NCBI GenBank assembly: GCA_963749705.1
Contig: CAVVNQ010000004.1
Location: forward strand, 64,001 to 128,000
Source: an uncultured Chloroflexia bacterium
Lineage (GTDB): Bacteria; Chloroflexota; Limnocylindria; Limnocylindrales; CSP1-4
Reading direction: 5' to 3'
DNA: 64,000 nt
A program made the position numbers and the translations under genes. The first letter of the stretch is position 1; each line of letters starts with the position of its first letter. The notes beneath the pieces were generated by a model that was not told the origin of the DNA, made no database searches, and saw nothing but the letters and a program-made list of their open reading frames with translations. Below, piece by piece: positions 9,920 through 19,230 of the stretch.

Positions 9920-10825
9920 ATGGACGTCCACCTGGTCGACGCGACCTACGAGCTGTTTCGCGCCCACTTCTCGCCGCGTCCGCCCGTCCTCGGCCGCGAC
10001 GGCGTGGTGCTGTCCGGTGTCAGCGGCCTGGTCGAGCAGCTGTGCTACCTGCTGCGCGAGCAGGGGGCGACCCACGTCGGCTGCGCGACCGACCGCGTCA
10101 TCCGCTCGTTCCGCAATGACCTGTATCCGGGCTACAAGACCGATGCCGGGGTCCCGCAGGAGCTGCTCGCCCAGTTCCCCATCGCGGAGCAGGCGATCGA
10201 GGCGCTGGGGCTCGTCCTGTGGCCGATGGTCGAGTACGAGGCCGACGACGCGATCGCGGCGGCCGCCGACCGGTTCGCAGCCGACCCGCGCGTGGACCGG
10301 GTCGTGATCTGCACGCCCGACAAGGACATGGCGCAATGCGTCCGCGACGCGCGGGTGGTGCTCTGGGATCGTCGTCGCGACGTGACCTACGACGATGCGG
10401 GCGTGCGGGCGAAGTGGGGGGTGCCGCCGGCCAGCGTGCCCGACCGGCTGGCGCTGGTGGGCGATGCGGCGGACGGGTTCCCGGGGCTGCCGGGCTGGGG
10501 CGACAAGTCCGCATCGGCGGTGCTCGCCCGCTACGGGCACCTGGAGGACATCCCGGTCTCGGGCAGCGCCTGGGACGTTCCCGGGCTGCGCAACCCCGTG
10601 GGACTGGCGGCGACGCTGCGCGACCAGATGGCCGATGCGCTGCTGTACCGCGACCTGGCCCGGCTGCGGACCGCCGCTGACGGGGTGCCGATCCCGGAGG
10701 CGAGCGTGGACGAGCTCCGCTGGGACGGCGCGGATCGTGAGGCGTGGTCGGCTTTCTGCGATGCGTGGGGCCTCGACCGGCTGCGGGAGCGACCGCACCG
10801 GTGGCGCGCCCCGCAGGCGTCCTGA
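9920..10825 (+). CDS. Stand-alone 5'-3' exonuclease / flap endonuclease
   Basis: HLVDATYELFRAH, SFRNDLYPGYK, YEADDAIA, DKDMAQ, H3TH motif ALVGDAADGFPGLPGWGDKSA. Confidence 0.92.
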   Translation: MDVHLVDATYELFRAHFSPRPPVLGRDGVVLSGVSGLVEQLCYLLREQGATHVGCATDRVIRSFRNDLYPGYKTDAGVPQELLAQFPIAEQAIEALGLVLWPMVEYEADDAIAAAADRFAADPRVDRVVICTPDKDMAQCVRDARVVLWDRRRDVTYDDAGVRAKWGVPPASVPDRLALVGDAADGFPGLPGWGDKSASAVLARYGHLEDIPVSGSAWDVPGLRNPVGLAATLRDQMADALLYRDLARLRTAADGVPIPEASVDELRWDGADREAWSAFCDAWGLDRLRERPHRWRAPQAS

Positions 10826-10849
10826 CGACCTCGCCCGGGCGCCGTTCGG

Positions 10850-11767
10850 TCAGGGGCGCGGCGCCGCCTCCCCGGCAAGCCGGAGCAGGGCTGCATGGTG
10901 GGACGGCGGGGCGGCGACCACGCCGAATGCCCGGGTTGCCTTGGCCACGTCGAACCACGGACCACCCGCGGTATCGGTGACGGTCGCGCCCGCACGCTCG
11001 GCGATCAATCCGGCGGCGGCGACATCCCACGCCGACATGCCGCCGGACTGGACGAACGCGTCGAAGCGTCCGTTGGCGACGTACGCGAGCGCCAGCGCGG
11101 CCGAGCCCATGTTGCGCGAGACCCGGATCGCCCGTCGGACGGCACGCCCACGCGTGGCCACGGCGCGTCCGCCGAGCGCCAGCGACACCACGAAGTCGCT
11201 GAGCAGCTCCTTGTCCGACGCGGTCGTCGGGCGCCCGTTGAGCAGGGCCGGACCGTCGGCGGTCGCCGAGAACGTCTCCATGCGCATCGGGTCGTGGACC
11301 GCGCCGGCCGCCGGCCGGCCATCGACGATCAGGCCGACCGAGACGCAGAACACGGGGATGCCATTGGCGTAGTTGATGGTCCCGTCGAGCGGGTCCACGA
11401 TCCAGGTCCGCCCATGCTCGAGCCGGCGCGCCAGCCCTTCATCCTCCGGGCCGGCGCCGTCACCGGAGCCGGCGGCCGCGGGCCCGGAACCGGCCCCGTG
11501 ATGCGCCCCCGACTCCTCGGCCAGGATCCCGTCGCCCGGGAACCGCGTCCGGATCGCGTCGAGGATCAGCCGCTCCGAGAGGTGGTCGACCTCGGTGACC
11601 ACGTCGCGCGCCGACTTGTGATCGATCTGCTCGACCCGCTCGTAGCGCTCCAGCAGCACGCGCCCGGCCAGCTCGGCGATCTCGATGGCGAACGCCGCGT
11701 CGGCGGCAGAGACGCCAGGGCCGGGGTCGCCGGCAGATCGGCCGGGACCGGGGTCGGCCGCCGTCAC
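10850..11767 (-). CDS. Inositol monophosphatase family protein (SuhB-like)
   Basis: DVVTEVD, ILAEE, WIVDPLDGTINYANG, GSAALALAYVANGRFD, WDVAAAGLIAERAG. GTG start overlaps the upstream stop (GTGA). Confidence 0.92.
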   Translation of the reverse strand: MTAADPGPGRSAGDPGPGVSAADAAFAIEIAELAGRVLLERYERVEQIDHKSARDVVTEVDHLSERLILDAIRTRFPGDGILAEESGAHHGAGSGPAAAGSGDGAGPEDEGLARRLEHGRTWIVDPLDGTINYANGIPVFCVSVGLIVDGRPAAGAVHDPMRMETFSATADGPALLNGRPTTASDKELLSDFVVSLALGGRAVATRGRAVRRAIRVSRNMGSAALALAYVANGRFDAFVQSGGMSAWDVAAAGLIAERAGATVTDTAGGPWFDVAKATRAFGVVAAPPSHHAALLRLAGEAAPRP

Positions 11768-12243
11768 GACCCGCAGTCCGCGGTCAGCGGCCGGGCCGTC
11801 GTGCCCAGCGACACCACCACGGCATCGAACGACACCGTGGCCCCGCCGTCCACCATCGGGCTCTGGACGTACGCGGTCTCGGGTCCGATCCCGCGCAGCG
11901 ACGGGTCGTCGATCCGGCACGTGGTCCGGCCCGCCGACGAGCCCGTGTTGGTGATCGAGATCGTCACCCGCAGGCCGGCCGGGTCGGGCTGGATCCCCGT
12001 GACCTCCGAGGTGAACGGCCCGACATTGGTGATGGCGAGCCGTGCGAGCACGGCGAGCATGACGACGGCCGCGCCGATCGCGACGAACACCGTGCCGTGC
12101 GCCTGCGATGCGCCGGGGGCCCGGAGGCCGAGCGGGTTGCAGCGCTCGCACATCGACTCCGACAGCGGGATCCGCGCGCCGCAGCGCACGCAACCGTGGA
12201 GCGGCTCGGTTGCCGAGGGCAGCTGGGAAGGCGTGGAGGTCAT
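11764..12243 (-). CDS. Hypothetical membrane protein with N-terminal zinc-ribbon-like motif
   Basis: CVRC-x10-CERC, one TM helix (TVFVAIGAAVVMLAVLA), beta-rich C-terminal part with two Cys. Lies between mtnP and the IMPase gene. Confidence 0.65.
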   Translation of the reverse strand: MTSTPSQLPSATEPLHGCVRCGARIPLSESMCERCNPLGLRAPGASQAHGTVFVAIGAAVVMLAVLARLAITNVGPFTSEVTGIQPDPAGLRVTISITNTGSSAGRTTCRIDDPSLRGIGPETAYVQSPMVDGGATVSFDAVVVSLGTTARPLTADCGS

Positions 12244-12343
12244 CTCGTCCGTTGCGTGTGGGCGGCGGGTCGCCGGATCGGGTGGAGCCCTCGATGGTGC
12301 CACGGATCGTCCGACGACGATCTCCGGTGTTGGTCGGCCAGAC

Positions 12344-13192
12344 CTACAGCTCGGTCTCGTACAGCCGGATGTCGTCCGGCGACACCGCGTGGCCGTCGCC
12401 GCGCGTGAACGCGAGGGCGTCCTTCGCCCCCAGCCCGTCGAGATCCGCCGGGAACCGCGCGATCATGTCCAGCACCACCTTGCGGATCGCCTCCGCGTTG
12501 CGGTTGAACACCTCCAGCACGTCGTGGGCGGTGACCGCCTCGGTGCCCTCGAGGACGCCGGCGTCGTAATCCGTGATGAGCGCGATGTTGACGACCGCCA
12601 TGCCCAGCTCCCGGCACAGGTATGCCTCCGGGTACTGGGTCATGTTGATGACCTCCCAGCCGGCATCGCTGAACCACTTCGACTCCGCCTTGGTCGAGAA
12701 GCGAGGACCCTGGATCACGACCACGGTGCCGCCCTCGTGGACCGTGATCCCGTGCTCGCGGATCACGTCGATCGCCAGCTGCCGCAGCGTCGGGTCGTAG
12801 GTCTCGGCCGATGAGACGTGGGACACGATGGGGCCGTCGAAGAAGGTGTGGTCACGCCCCGAGGTCCGGTCGACGAACTGGTCGGTGACCACGAAATGAC
12901 CCGGCTCGACGTGGAGCTGGAGCGAGCCGGCGGCGCACGGGCTGATCACCGCCTTGACGCCCAGCGAGCGCATCGCCCACACGTTCGCCCGGTAGTTGAT
13001 CCGGTGGGGCGGGATCGTGTGCCGTCGCCCGTGGCGCGGCAGGAACGCCACTCGCCGGCCGTCGACCGTCGCCAGGAAGAAGCTGTCCGATGGCGGGCCG
13101 TAGGGCGTGTCGACCTTGATCTCGCGCACGTCCTCGAGCAGCGAGTAGAAGCCCGAGCCCCCGAACACCCCGATCTCCGCCAGTTCCGCCAC
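12344..13192 (-). CDS. mtnP: S-methyl-5'-thioadenosine phosphorylase
   Basis: IGVFGGSG, TPYGPPS, FLPRHGRRHTIPPHRINYRAN, QFVDRT, QGPRFSTKAES, INMTQYPEAYLCRELG, TDYD. GTG start with AGGAGG SD. Confidence 0.93.
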   Translation of the reverse strand: MAELAEIGVFGGSGFYSLLEDVREIKVDTPYGPPSDSFFLATVDGRRVAFLPRHGRRHTIPPHRINYRANVWAMRSLGVKAVISPCAAGSLQLHVEPGHFVVTDQFVDRTSGRDHTFFDGPIVSHVSSAETYDPTLRQLAIDVIREHGITVHEGGTVVVIQGPRFSTKAESKWFSDAGWEVINMTQYPEAYLCRELGMAVVNIALITDYDAGVLEGTEAVTAHDVLEVFNRNAEAIRKVVLDMIARFPADLDGLGAKDALAFTRGDGHAVSPDDIRLYETEL

Positions 13193-13255
13193 CGACCGTC
13201 CTCCTGCAAGCTGCAGGGCATTCTCGCATGAGCCGCCGGCGCCTAGGATGATCGG

Positions 13256-13915
13256 ATGCACGAGCAGGATGCCGGGTTCGCGTCGACCCCGGCGCGGCTG
13301 TGGCTGGCGGACTGGCGGCGGCGCGTGTTCGAGCTGTACGCGGAGGTCCGCACGATGGCGGCGACGGATCCGCCGGCCGCCCGGGAGGCCTGGCGTCGCG
13401 AGCGCGAGGCGCTGTATCGAGGCCACCCCCAGTCGCCGGTCCCCGCCGTCGAGCGCGCGACCTTCCGCACCCTGGTCTGGCCGTACGACCCGGCGCTTCG
13501 GTTCTCGGTCGCCGTGGAGCCGGCGCCCGCGACCCCCGACGTCGGCTTGGGCATCTCGCTGCCCAACAGTGGCGATGACCGGCTCTCATTCCGCCGCCTG
13601 GGACACGTCGAGCTCCAGCTGCCGGCGGGCCTCCGGCGCCTCGCGGTGTACTGGATGGACGGCTACGCGGGAGGCCTGTTCCTGCCCGTCCGGGACGCCA
13701 CCAACGGATCCGGGACATACGGCGCCGGGCGCTACCTGCTGGATACGGGCAAGGGCGCGGACCTCGGGGGCGATCCCGCGGCCGGGACGCTGATCGTGGA
13801 CGCGAACTTCGCGTTCCAGCCGTCGTGTGCGTTCGACCCGGCCTGGGCCTGCCCGCTGGCCCCGCCGGAGAACCGGCTGGACGTCGCGCTGGAGGCCGGC
13901 GAGCGGCTGCGCTGA
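13256..13915 (+). CDS. DUF1684 family protein
   Basis: HPQSP, YDP, LFLPVRDATNG.GTYGAGRYL, DANFAFQPSCAFDPAWACPLAPPENRL...AGER. Confidence 0.88.
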   Translation: MHEQDAGFASTPARLWLADWRRRVFELYAEVRTMAATDPPAAREAWRREREALYRGHPQSPVPAVERATFRTLVWPYDPALRFSVAVEPAPATPDVGLGISLPNSGDDRLSFRRLGHVELQLPAGLRRLAVYWMDGYAGGLFLPVRDATNGSGTYGAGRYLLDTGKGADLGGDPAAGTLIVDANFAFQPSCAFDPAWACPLAPPENRLDVALEAGERLR

Positions 13916-14018
13916 GCGCGTGACCGCGACACGGGGCCGGCGCGCGGCGCGGGCCTCTAACCTGGGATCGCGTCCACCGCGGCGCGGCCATATGCCCGGG
14001 CTCGCCTACCATGGCGGC

Positions 14019-14450
14019 ATGCCTGATGAGACCGACATCCTGACCGATCCCGCCCGCGACTTCCTCGCTCATCCCCATATCGCGTCCGTCGCCACGATCG
14101 ACCCCGACGGGAGCCCTCGCCAGACCGTCGTGTGGTACCGGCTCGATCCCGACGGCCGAGTGCTGCTCAACGGGCGGATGCCGCGCCGCTGGTGCAGCAA
14201 CCTCGCGCGCGACCGGCGCGTGGCGATCTCGGTCGTCGACGGCGCGGACCTGTATCGATGGATCGGCCTGACCGGGGTCGTCGAGGAGATCGATGACAGC
14301 CGTCCGCGCGCGCAGGACGACATCGTCGCGCTGGCGCATCGTTACCATCCGGAGGGCCCCGGCGACAATTCGATCGCGGCGTTCCGGGGCCAGTCGAGGG
14401 TGACCTTCCGGATCCGCGTCACGGGCATCCACGAGCATCTCGAGGATTGA
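14019..14450 (+). CDS. PPOX-class probable F420-dependent oxidoreductase
   Basis: ASVATIDPDGSPRQTVVWY...NLARDRRVAISVVD...R.TFRIRV split-barrel pattern, adjacent to cofD. TACCAT 6 nt before ATG 14019. Confidence 0.82.
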   Translation: MPDETDILTDPARDFLAHPHIASVATIDPDGSPRQTVVWYRLDPDGRVLLNGRMPRRWCSNLARDRRVAISVVDGADLYRWIGLTGVVEEIDDSRPRAQDDIVALAHRYHPEGPGDNSIAAFRGQSRVTFRIRVTGIHEHLED

Positions 14451-14454
14451 CGCG

Positions 14455-15402
14455 GTGACGGGCGGAGGGGTCGTCGCCCTTGCCGGGGGCGTGGGCGGCG
14501 CCAAGCTCGCGGACGGCCTCCAGGCGCACGTGGGCGATCGCCTCTCGGTCATCGTCAACACCGGCGACGACTGCATCCGCCACGGGCTGCTGGTCATGCC
14601 CGACCACGACACCGTCGTCTACAACCTGGCCGGGATGGAGCAGGCGGCGCTGGGCTGGGGGATCGAGGGCGACACGCACGCGGCCATGGCCCAGCTGGGC
14701 ATGTACGGCGAGGAGACCTGGTTCGGGCTGGGTGACCGGGATCTCGCGCTCCACATCGTGCGCACGGCACGGGTCGCTGCCGGCGGACGCCTGACCGAGG
14801 TGTGCCTGGGGATCCAGACGTCGCTCGGGCTGGCGGCGGCTGTCCTCCCGATGACGGACGCGCAGGTCGCGACCGAGGTCCACGCCGCCGACGGCTGGCT
14901 GGAGTTCCAGGAGTACTTCGTCCACCGGCGCCAGGAACCCGAGGTCGACGAGGTCCGGTTCGCCGGCATCGAGGCGGCAACGCCGACGCCCGAGGTGATC
15001 GCAGCCCTCCGGGCGGCCGACGCGATCATCGTCTGCCCGTCGAACCCGATCGTGTCCGTGGCCCCGATCCTCGCGGTGCGGGGCATGCGCGAGGCCATCG
15101 ACGAGGCGCGGCGGCGCGGCGTGCCGGTGGCGGCAGTGAGCCCGATCATCGGCGGACGTGCGCTCAAGGGGCCTGCGGACCGGATGCTCGCCTCGCTCGG
15201 GCGTGAGGCGTCCGCCCTCGGCGTCGCGCGCGGCTACGCCGATCTCGCGGACGTGTTCGTGCTCGATTCCGTGGATGCCTCGCTTGCCCCGGAGATCGAG
15301 GCGCTCGGCCTGCGCGCGGTCGTGACCGACACGGTCATGAGCGACGACCCGTCGCGCAGTCGCCTCGCCGGCGAGGTCCTCGCGGCCGTCTCGCAATCCT
15401 GA
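14455..15402 (+). CDS. cofD: 2-phospho-L-lactate/PEP transferase (F420 biosynthesis)
   Basis: LAGGVGGAKL, VNTGDD, PDHDTVVY, WFGLGDRDLALH, LPMTD, FQEYFV, CPSNPIVSV.PIL, VSPIIGGRALKGPADRML. Confidence 0.95.
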   Translation: MTGGGVVALAGGVGGAKLADGLQAHVGDRLSVIVNTGDDCIRHGLLVMPDHDTVVYNLAGMEQAALGWGIEGDTHAAMAQLGMYGEETWFGLGDRDLALHIVRTARVAAGGRLTEVCLGIQTSLGLAAAVLPMTDAQVATEVHAADGWLEFQEYFVHRRQEPEVDEVRFAGIEAATPTPEVIAALRAADAIIVCPSNPIVSVAPILAVRGMREAIDEARRRGVPVAAVSPIIGGRALKGPADRMLASLGREASALGVARGYADLADVFVLDSVDASLAPEIEALGLRAVVTDTVMSDDPSRSRLAGEVLAAVSQS

Positions 15403-15465
15403 GCCGGCCCGGTGCCGGACCGGCCGGCGCGGGTCGGGGTGGCTGCGCGAGGGTGCAGCGGCGTG

Positions 15466-16557
15466 TCAGCCGGCGATCAGCGCCCCCAGCCGGCCGGCGA
15501 TCTCGACCGGATCGAGCTCCAGCGCCGAGTCTCCGATCGCAAGCTCCGTCGTGATCCGGCCCGGCTCATCGGCCGGCCGCCAGGGGCCGCTCAGCAGCAG
15601 CCGTTGCTCGGTCACGAAGGACAGCAACCGCTCGTTGACCGTGGCGGCATCGCCCGCGGCGAACAGCTCGAACGTGTTGGTGTGCGGGACCGGCGGGTTC
15701 GGGGTCACCCCGGCGGGCAACGCCGCGGCAAGCGACCGGGCCCATGCGACGCAGGCGCCCATCAGGGGCAGCCGCTCGCGCAGGCCGACAAGCGCGCCGA
15801 CCGCCTCGGGCGTCATCCGGTAGACGGTGCCGCCCATCCGCCTGCGCCAGCGCCGGGCCTCGTCCACGAAGTCCGCGGGGCCCGCCAGGCACGCCCCGGC
15901 CAACCCGTCGAGGCCCTTGTAGAACGACACGTAGACGCTGTCCGCGAGCGCCGCGATGTCCGCCAGCGGACGATCGTAGAACGGCTGCGCCTCCCACAGC
16001 CGCGCCCCGTCGAAATGAACCCGGATGTCCCGCTCGTGCGCGGCCGCGGCCAGCCCCTCGAGCTCCACCCACGTCGGCAGCAGGCAGCCGGCATCGCGGA
16101 GGGGCAGCTCCACCAGGATGGCCGCGATGCGGCCCGGAAGCCTGGCCAGATCGTCCGCGGTTGCCACGTGGCGGCCGGTGGTGAGGTGCTCGATCTCCAG
16201 CCCATGGACCAGGCGCGGGCCATCCAGCTCGTGGACGAGGAGGTGGCTCAGGTCCGGCATCGCGACGCGGTGCGTCGCTGCACGGTCCGTCCACACTCGC
16301 AGCGCGCACTGCTGGGCCATGACGCCGCTGGGGAAGAACGCCGCGGCGGCCTTGCCCAGCAGCTCCGCCACCTCCGCCTCGAGCCGGGCCACGGGACCGC
16401 GCTCCGCGTACACGTCCCACTCGTCCAGCCCGAGCTCGTCGGCGGCGTCCGCGAGCGCCCGGAGCATCTCGGCGGGCGTCCGGGCACGGTGCCGGGTGAC
16501 CGTCCGGGTGCACGCAGCCGCAGCCGCACGGAAGCGTTCTCCAAACTCGTCGTCCAT
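15466..16557 (-). CDS. Low-specificity threonine aldolase family (PLP) protein
   Basis: D.Y...GPVARLE, FFPSGVMAQQ, SHLLVHE, HFDGARLWEA, DSVYVSFYKGL, RRRMGG. Confidence 0.88.
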   Translation of the reverse strand: MDDEFGERFRAAAAACTRTVTRHRARTPAEMLRALADAADELGLDEWDVYAERGPVARLEAEVAELLGKAAAAFFPSGVMAQQCALRVWTDRAATHRVAMPDLSHLLVHELDGPRLVHGLEIEHLTTGRHVATADDLARLPGRIAAILVELPLRDAGCLLPTWVELEGLAAAAHERDIRVHFDGARLWEAQPFYDRPLADIAALADSVYVSFYKGLDGLAGACLAGPADFVDEARRWRRRMGGTVYRMTPEAVGALVGLRERLPLMGACVAWARSLAAALPAGVTPNPPVPHTNTFELFAAGDAATVNERLLSFVTEQRLLLSGPWRPADEPGRITTELAIGDSALELDPVEIAGRLGALIAG

Positions 16558-16665
16558 CGTTCTCCCTTGGCGCCCGCCGGCGAAGGTCGCGGCCGCGGCG
16601 GCCGGACCGCGACAACCGTACAGCCCGAGGGTCGATGCCGGCGGGCCACGCGCTAGCATCTCGTG

Positions 16666-17319
16666 GTGCACAGCGAGCCCCCCGGCGTAAGCGAGCCCAC
16701 CCTCCCCCGCCCCGCCACCGCGGTCATCCCGGTGCGCTCGTTCGAGGGCGCGAAGTCCCGGCTGGGCTCCGTGCTCGATGCCGAGGAGCGTCGGGACCTC
16801 GTGACGCGCCTGCTCCGGCGCTCGATCGCGGCGTCGCTCGCGACTCCCGGCGTCGAGGAGGCCATCGTCGTGTCGCCGGACCCGGAGGTGCTCGAGCTGG
16901 CACTCGGCGAGGGCGCGCGCCCGGTCCTCCAGCGGTCGCGCGGCCTCAATCCGGCGCTCCAGGAGGCCCGGCTGGCGGCGCCGGCGGCCACCCGCCTGCT
17001 CGTGGTCCCGGGCGACCTTCCCGCCGTGTCGCCGGCCGCCCTGTCTGCGCTCCTGCGCGCCGGCGACGATGCCGGCTCGCCAAGCGTGGTCCTGGTCCCG
17101 GACCGGCACGGGCGTGGCACCAACGCCCTGCTGCTCGATCCACCCGACGTCATCGATCCCGCGTTCGGTGGCGACAGCCGGGCGGCGCATGCCTGGCTCG
17201 CGTCGTCGGCGGATGCCGCGTTCGTCGAGGTCCCGGGTGACCTCGGCCTGGACCTCGACACGCCGGACGACCTGCTGCTCGTCTCGGCCGCACGACCGGA
17301 GGCGCTCGGTGTCGAGTGA
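16666..17319 (+). CDS. cofC: 2-phospho-L-lactate/PEP guanylyltransferase (F420 biosynthesis)
   Basis: AVIPVRSFEGAKSRL, GLNPAL, VPGDLP, PDRHGRGTNALLL, FGGDS..AH, LDLDTPDDL. Confidence 0.94.
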   Translation: MHSEPPGVSEPTLPRPATAVIPVRSFEGAKSRLGSVLDAEERRDLVTRLLRRSIAASLATPGVEEAIVVSPDPEVLELALGEGARPVLQRSRGLNPALQEARLAAPAATRLLVVPGDLPAVSPAALSALLRAGDDAGSPSVVLVPDRHGRGTNALLLDPPDVIDPAFGGDSRAAHAWLASSADAAFVEVPGDLGLDLDTPDDLLLVSAARPEALGVE

Positions 17320-18124
17320 GGCGGCCAACGATCGCGACGAGATCCCGAGCGAGGCCGGCGAGGGCCGCGTCGAGATCCTGGCGCTGGCGGGCATGCCGGA
17401 GGTGGGGATCGGCGACGACCTGGGGCGGCTGATCGGGGACGCCCTCGAGGCGACCGCCGGCGCGCTGCCGCTGCAGGCCGGCGACGTCCTGGTCGTGACC
17501 CAGAAGGTCGTGTCCAAGGCGGAGGGTGCGGTCGTCGACCTGCGGACGGTCACGCCGCGCGCCGAGGCCGTGGACTGGGCAGCGGCATGGGACCGCGACG
17601 CGCGCCAGATCGAGGTGGTGCTGCGCGAGGCGCGGCGGGTGGTCCGGATGGAGCGGGGCGTCCTGATCACGGAGACCGAGCACGGGTTCGTGTGCGCCAA
17701 CGGCGGCATCGATGCCTCCAACGTCGGCCCGGGATCGGGCGACCTGGTCACGCTGCTGCCGCACGACCCGGACGCCTCCGCGGGACGGATCCGCGTGGCG
17801 ATCCGGACCCGGTTCGGCCACGACCTGCCCGTGGTCATCTCGGACAGCTTCGGACGACCCTGGCGGTGGGGCATCGTGGACGTGGCCCTGGGCGTGTCCG
17901 GGATCGTGCCGCTCGAGGATCTCCGGGGCGTGCCCGACGCGGACGGGCGCGTCATGAAGACGACCGTGCGCGCCGTCGCCGACGAGCTGGCATCGGCGGC
18001 CGAGCTCGCGCTGGGCAAGACCGCCGGGCGACCGGTGGCGCTGATCCGCGGCGCGAACCCGCCTCGTGGCGAGGGCACGATCCGCGAGCTGCTGATGCCC
18101 GTCGAGAACGACCTGTTCCGCTGA
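17309..18124 (+). CDS. cofE: Coenzyme F420-0:L-glutamate ligase (single domain)
   Basis: MPEVGIGDDL, DVLVVTQKVVSKAEG, GFVCANGGIDASN, LLPHDPDASA, SDSFGRPWR.G..DVALG, DELASAAEL..GK, DLFR. GTG 17309 with GGAGG SD. Confidence 0.95.
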   Translation: MSSEAANDRDEIPSEAGEGRVEILALAGMPEVGIGDDLGRLIGDALEATAGALPLQAGDVLVVTQKVVSKAEGAVVDLRTVTPRAEAVDWAAAWDRDARQIEVVLREARRVVRMERGVLITETEHGFVCANGGIDASNVGPGSGDLVTLLPHDPDASAGRIRVAIRTRFGHDLPVVISDSFGRPWRWGIVDVALGVSGIVPLEDLRGVPDADGRVMKTTVRAVADELASAAELALGKTAGRPVALIRGANPPRGEGTIRELLMPVENDLFR

Positions 18125-18224
18125 TCCCGCGCAATCTGGCAGTGCCGAACATCCGGCCCGTGGCGGCCACCGCATAGCCGCGCCCGCCCGCGCGATCGGG
18201 CACCGCCCGCGCTACTCTCGAGAC

Positions 18225-19118
18225 ATGAAGGCAGGACTGCAGATCTCGTCGTTCACCTGGCCCGACGGCGCAGAGGCGATCGGCCCCACGCTCGGGCGCA
18301 TCGTTCGCGCGGCCGACGACGCCGGCTTCGACTCCATCTGGGTCATGGACCACTTCTTCCAGATCCGTGGCGTGGGGCGAGCCGAGGAGCCGATGCTCGA
18401 GGGCTGGACCGCGCTCGGCTTCATGGCCGCGCACTCCACCACCGCACGGCTGGGGCTGATGGTGGGCGGCGTCCACTACCGATTGCCGGGCCTGTGGGTC
18501 AAGGCGGCAACGACGCTCGACGTGCTGTCCGGAGGCCGTGCCTGGCTGGGCATCGGCGCCGCATGGAACGAGGAGGAGTCGCACGGGCTCGGGTTCCCGT
18601 TCCCGCCCCTTGGCGAGCGGTTCGGGATGCTCGAGGAGACGCTGCAGATCGCCCATGGCATGTGGCAGGGCGAGCGCGGCAGCGAGGCGGCGTTCGAGGG
18701 CACGTACTACCGTGCGACGCGCCTGATGAACTCGCCCCAGGCCCTGTCGCGGCCGCACCCCCCGATCATGATCGGCGGTGGCGGTGAGCGGAAGACGCTT
18801 CGGCTGGTCGCCCAGTACGCGGACGCATGCAACGTGTTCGGCGACCCCCACCGGATCCACCACAAGTACGAGGTCCTGCGCGAGCACTGCGAGGCGATCG
18901 GGCGCGATCCCGAGGAGATCGAGCGATCGACCCTCCAGTCCGTGAGCCTGGCGCTTGACGGACGACCCGGCGACAGCCCGGCGCAGGTGGTCGACCGGTT
19001 CGGCGAGCTCGCGGACGCCGGCGCCCAGCACGTGATCTTCGGCGTCCGCGACGTCTGGGACCCGCGAACGATCGAGATCCTCGGCCGCGACGTCCTGCCG
19101 CAGCTGCGCGAGCTGTAG
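18225..19118 (+). CDS. LLM-class F420-dependent oxidoreductase
   Basis: GFDSIWVMDHFFQI, MLEGWTALGF, TLDVLSGGRAWLGIGAAW.EEE, PPIMIGGGGERKTLRLVAQYADACN. Confidence 0.93.
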   Translation: MKAGLQISSFTWPDGAEAIGPTLGRIVRAADDAGFDSIWVMDHFFQIRGVGRAEEPMLEGWTALGFMAAHSTTARLGLMVGGVHYRLPGLWVKAATTLDVLSGGRAWLGIGAAWNEEESHGLGFPFPPLGERFGMLEETLQIAHGMWQGERGSEAAFEGTYYRATRLMNSPQALSRPHPPIMIGGGGERKTLRLVAQYADACNVFGDPHRIHHKYEVLREHCEAIGRDPEEIERSTLQSVSLALDGRPGDSPAQVVDRFGELADAGAQHVIFGVRDVWDPRTIEILGRDVLPQLREL

Positions 19119-19153
19119 CGAGCGGCGGACCGTCGATGTCGCAACCTCGGCGG

Positions 19154-19170
19154 ATACCCCCAGGGGGTAT
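19154..19170. promoter_or_regulatory. CsoR/RcnR-family-type operator palindrome upstream of trxB
   Basis: Perfect inverted repeat ATACCCCC-A-GGGGGTAT. Candidate -10 TACGCT at 19184-19189. Confidence 0.7.
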
Positions 19171-19230
19171 GCATCAATCGTGCTACGCTTGGGTCAGGAC
19201 ACGCCTTCACGCAGAGATGACAATCCCACG

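Noticed and set aside
16558-16650. Possible glycine riboswitch upstream of the threonine aldolase-like gene
   Set aside because: Only a GC-rich hairpin; the conserved glycine aptamer motifs are not seen and the space is short.
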